From positions 1-28,508 of the forward strand of contig SLSH01000305.1 of the NCBI GenBank assembly GCA_007130555.1: a DNA stretch of 28,508 bases. Reading direction: 5' to 3'. This DNA is from Bacteroidales bacterium. Its GTDB lineage: Bacteria > Bacteroidota > Bacteroidia > Bacteroidales > ML635J-15. The notes under the pieces were generated by a model. The model did no database searches, was not told where the DNA came from, and saw nothing but the letters and a program-made list of their open reading frames with translations. The translations under genes were made by a program, and so were the position numbers. This document shows positions 25,524 through 28,508 of this stretch, piece after piece. Positions within the stretch are counted from its first letter, which is position 1, and every line of letters starts with the position of its first letter.

Positions 25524-26783
25524 TTACATACGCCTTCTGTAATATCTTTCCAGTTTTCTATTTAAATCTGCAACAGTATGGTTATAAGTCCAGGTTAAAG
25601 TTGCCAAATAAACAGGCGGTATAAACAGTAATTGTTCAGGATGTTTACGGACTGTTTTATATATCGCTCTTGTATAATAAGGAAACGGCTTGTTCAACTG
25701 AACAAAATTCCGGTCGAGAATCCTTAATGCATAAAAATTAATATCAGATGATGGTGTATAATAATGAAGTACCCCCTCTACTCCGTAATCTTTACCGGGC
25801 TTATATGAGTGATGAGAATAATACTTCATTGTATCTTGTCCTATATATCCAAATTCCGCAATAAAAAAACTAATATCAGGTTCTAGTTTTATAGACGGGT
25901 CAACTTCTAAGCTGTCGTTTAAAAAAATATTTTCAAATTGTTTTAATCTTACTTTATCTGAATTATTACTGAAAAAGAATCTTACATCACAGAAATCGAA
26001 GTTGTTTTTAAAAGCATTAATTATTTTCTTATTTTCGGTTTCTTGTTTAAGCTTGACTTTGTCTGCTTCTTCATTTTTTCCGACTTCTCTTAATGCATTG
26101 ATTGTGCTTTCAGCAGTTTTAAGTCTAACCAATAAAACACCTTCTTTTAATTGTTTGATTTGTGTTTTTGATGCTTCAGATTTCATCTTTCTGTAATTCG
26201 GTCTTTTTTCAACCCTGTTATTTAGAGCTATATTAAGTCCTATTTGAAAACAGGATGAATAAGTATTGTTTGTCGGGATGGTATAATTTATTATTAAATT
26301 TATATTCTCCTGTAATAGAAATTCAATACCCGTAAAGAAATTTAATTCAGAGTTATAACCGGAGATATTTATTTTTTCTTGACCAAATTCACTAAGTATA
26401 ATTTTATTTGATTTTATGATATTTAAATAAGATAATCCAGCCCGAAAGTAAAAGTCCTGAAATATTTCAAATCGTGGCGAAATTGCTAAATTTAAATATT
26501 GATTTTCAATCTTCAGATATGGACTTATTGAATTAGAGCCTTTTACCGAATAATTAACAACGCCGCTTAAACTGAATCTTCCTGATATATTGTAGTTTCC
26601 TGTAATACCGACAAATGGCTTTTTACCCGGCTCGAATTCAATACTGTCATTTTTTAAACGGCTAATATTTAAACCAATGTTAGTCTTTATGGTAAACTTA
26701 TTTTTTTCTGATAAATTTTCTGTTTGTGAAAAACTTATAATTGGTATTATAAGTAATAATATTATGTTTATATTGCTTTTCAT
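25524..26783 (-). CDS. Small OM beta-barrel (porin/PorT-like) fused to a ~230-aa C-terminal domain of unknown function
   Basis: Signal ending SFS-Q and about eight amphipathic strands (IKTNIGLNIS...FSLSGVVNYSVKG...YLNLAI...FYFRAGLSY...FQIGLNIAL), followed by an alpha/beta region (QIKQLKEGVLLVRL...AFKNNFDFCDVRFF). Confidence 0.65.
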   Translation of the reverse strand: MKSNINIILLLIIPIISFSQTENLSEKNKFTIKTNIGLNISRLKNDSIEFEPGKKPFVGITGNYNISGRFSLSGVVNYSVKGSNSISPYLKIENQYLNLAISPRFEIFQDFYFRAGLSYLNIIKSNKIILSEFGQEKINISGYNSELNFFTGIEFLLQENINLIINYTIPTNNTYSSCFQIGLNIALNNRVEKRPNYRKMKSEASKTQIKQLKEGVLLVRLKTAESTINALREVGKNEEADKVKLKQETENKKIINAFKNNFDFCDVRFFFSNNSDKVRLKQFENIFLNDSLEVDPSIKLEPDISFFIAEFGYIGQDTMKYYSHHSYKPGKDYGVEGVLHYYTPSSDINFYALRILDRNFVQLNKPFPYYTRAIYKTVRKHPEQLLFIPPVYLATLTWTYNHTVADLNRKLERYYRRRM

Positions 26784-26818
26784 CCTTGTAAATTACAACT
26801 AATGTGTGTTAACGGCTT

Positions 26819-27355
26819 TTAATTTTTCTCAAATTTATAGACTGGTTCAGTTAAATTACCGATCCATAATTCTTTTTTTGTTAATCTATAAATTTTATAT
26901 TGTAATTCTGGTTGTATTATTTGCATCGTATCATTATTAAATTCAATCTCGTTTCCATTTTCGTCAAAATAATAAAATCCTGATGTCCGAGAAAAAGTAG
27001 CATTTATAAGTAAATATTCCTTTTCGTCATCGAAATTCCAGTTTCCATTTTTCGAATAAAAAAATACACCTTCTAAATTATAGCCCGTTTCAAGAAAATC
27101 TTTGTTCCCCTTTATATACCAAGTTAAATCAATACCGTTAATAATGGTTGTCCATTCTCCGACGATTCTCTTTTCTTTTGAAGTCAGGCTAATAAATGGC
27201 CCGTCTTCATACTTTTTGCATGCTGTCATCCCGAATAACAAAATAATAAATAGCAAAATAAGGATTAATAGACAAATTTCAGGATAAAAAACTCTAAAAA
27301 GATTATCTTTACTGGTTTTAAATACAATCAAATGTCCTGATTTATTTTTTTTCAT
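26819..27355 (-). CDS. Lipocalin-like-domain lipoprotein
   Basis: TAC-KKYEDGPFISLTSKEKRIVGEW (GxW lipocalin-like motif), G.WNF and I.RLT.KELW are typical of small Bacteroidota beta-barrel lipoproteins. The ATG at 27355 is preferred because the TTG at 27373 lies inside a promoter motif. Confidence 0.7.
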   Translation of the reverse strand: MKKNKSGHLIVFKTSKDNLFRVFYPEICLLILILLFIILLFGMTACKKYEDGPFISLTSKEKRIVGEWTTIINGIDLTWYIKGNKDFLETGYNLEGVFFYSKNGNWNFDDEKEYLLINATFSRTSGFYYFDENGNEIEFNNDTMQIIQPELQYKIYRLTKKELWIGNLTEPVYKFEKN

Positions 27356-27370
27356 TCTAATAATTTTAAA

Positions 27371-27378
27371 CAAAGATA
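27371..27378 (-). promoter_or_regulatory. -7 promoter element (TATCTTTG)
   Basis: caaagata reads TATCTTTG on the - strand, the best-consensus Bacteroidota -7 box, 15 nt upstream of the ATG at 27355. Confidence 0.55.
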
Positions 27379-27573
27379 ATACTTATTTAAGTTTTCATTA
27401 TAATATTTGGAGGTAAGCATAATCAGAAATTATTTTCAGTAATCCTTCTTACTTCCATTATTTGTCAGTAGTCTGGTATTTAAAGTATGTCCGAGTATTT
27501 TTACAGTATTTTTCAATTCTCTAAGCTCTTTGTTCTGAGATTCTGGTCTTTTTTTTATCAAGTACCCTGCCTT

Positions 27574-28152
27574 TTAACTGAGCTCCATATAATTATTCTC
27601 CCACTCTATTTCTCCCTGCTCATACATTATTTCTCCAAGCAGATTTCCTTCGGGGCAATAAAATTTCCATAATCCGTGTGGGATTCCCATATCATGTTCT
27701 TTGTTATAACGAATTTGAGAATTTTCGTAAAACACTTTACTTGCTCCATGTTCAAGTCCGTTGTAATAGTTTCCCGTACTCCAGATATTTCCGTTTTCAA
27801 ACCAGGCAATCCATTTGCCATGCCGTTTGCCGTTTTCTAGCGGTCCTTCAATAAAATTTTTTCCGCTACGATAATATTTTCTCATAAAAACAGGCTCAGA
27901 AGGGTTTTCTTTGTCATAATATTCCGCTGTTAATGCTTGTCCGTCATCGTAAAATTCAGTGATTTTTTCATCATATTTTTGCTTAATTACATCCTCTCCC
28001 CTTATTAAATTAATCTCTGTTTTATCAAATTTATCAGGTTCTTCTTTTGTAATTTCTTTTTCACTTATCTGCGAATCGCATGATAAAAAAAGAACAGCTG
28101 TTATCCCGAAAATTAAAACCCCTGAAATAAATATAAAATAAACCTGTTTCAT
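27574..28152 (-). CDS. MORN-variant repeat (YwqK-like) lipoprotein
   Basis: Lipobox FLSC and repeats YYRSGK..EG..ENGKRHGKW..WFENG...G.Y.NGLEHG....YENSQ.......HG.W..Y..EG. Confidence 0.85.
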   Translation of the reverse strand: MKQVYFIFISGVLIFGITAVLFLSCDSQISEKEITKEEPDKFDKTEINLIRGEDVIKQKYDEKITEFYDDGQALTAEYYDKENPSEPVFMRKYYRSGKNFIEGPLENGKRHGKWIAWFENGNIWSTGNYYNGLEHGASKVFYENSQIRYNKEHDMGIPHGLWKFYCPEGNLLGEIMYEQGEIEWENNYMELS

Positions 28153-28186
28153 ATTACTTGATTTTTAAATTATAACATTTTTAATA

Positions 28187-28194
28187 CAAAATTA
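28187..28194 (-). promoter_or_regulatory. -7 promoter element (TAATTTTG) upstream of the MORN gene
   Basis: caaaatta reads TAATTTTG on the - strand, 34 nt upstream of the ATG. Confidence 0.4.
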
Positions 28195-28298
28195 GTATTT
28201 ATTTTTCCATTTTCAAATATGTAAAAATAGTTTGATTTTAAAAATTTATATTATTTTCACGTTTTTTTTAATAAACTTAAACAAATTATAATAATTCT

Positions 28299-28508
28299 AT
28301 GAAATCTTACAGGATAATTGCCGTTTTATTTTTTATTATAATATGTAAAACCTGCTTTACATCAAATAATGCAGATTCGCTGCTTAATTTATTAAAAACC
28401 AACCCGGAGATAGAGCATGCGGGAATTTATAATGATTTGGTTTTAATATATTCCGACAGTTCAAGAGATTTGGCAATAAATTATGCAAATAAAGCAATAG
28501 AATTATCA
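28299..28508 (+). CDS. N-terminal part of an exported TPR-like protein (probable sensor ectodomain), truncated by the window edge
   Basis: Open frame to the edge: MKSYRIIAVLFFIIICKTCFTSNNADSLLNLLK...IYNDLVLIY...LAINYANKAIELS. A signal peptide followed by DSL... and TPR-like helices is typical of Bacteroidota TPR sensors. Confidence 0.7.
   Translation, partial: MKSYRIIAVLFFIIICKTCFTSNNADSLLNLLKTNPEIEHAGIYNDLVLIYSDSSRDLAINYANKAIELS

Noticed and set aside
27408-27457. TGGAGGTAAG / CTTACTTCCA imperfect inverted repeat
   Set aside because: 10 bp with one mismatch and a 30-nt loop; too weak to call an element.
27436-27573. 45 sense codons continue in frame after the MORN gene TAA (KAGYLIKKRPESQNKELRELKNTVKILGH...)
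   Set aside because: MORN/YwqK-like proteins normally end about where this one stops, the extension has no recognisable motif, and such a run can occur by chance. It would need ortholog alignment to revive.
1-28508. tRNA, rRNA, transposase, integrase or phage genes
   Set aside because: No cloverleaf or T-loop motif, rRNA-like segment, DDE/tyrosine-recombinase motif or phage structural gene was recognised.

Overview
AT-rich (about 30% GC by eye) chromosomal window from a Bacteroidota, probably Bacteroidales-like, organism, judged from TAnnTTTG promoter motifs, lipoproteins, a T9SS-type C-terminal domain and a propeller/Y_Y_Y sensor. In order it holds: the 5' end of a secreted protein, an orphan T9SS-CTD-like fragment, two tandem ~730-aa KamA-family radical-SAM aminomutase paralogs, galE, a DUF2007-like protein, a 1223-aa propeller-sensor/adenylate cyclase/HD-domain fusion, rsgA, glutaminase, a helical lipoprotein and an MltD-like lytic transglycosylase. 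A long + strand run follows (DUF3352-like propeller protein, lipoprotein, DUF5723-like barrel, GT2, O-antigen-ligase-like protein, guanine deaminase, MPG glycosylase), then four - strand envelope proteins and the start of a TPR-like protein. No rRNA, tRNA, CRISPR array or transposase was seen. There are three main leads. (1) Both KamA paralogs appear to carry Lys/Asn where lysine 2,3-aminomutase has its substrate-binding Asp293/Asp330, which is the glutamate 2,3-aminomutase signature, on an enlarged scaffold. (2) A single protein joins a glycan-sensor-like ectodomain to an intact adenylate cyclase and an HD hydrolase. (3) Three unrelated cargo-less inverted-repeat elements lie within 6 kb. All family assignments come from motif recognition by eye; no searches were run.
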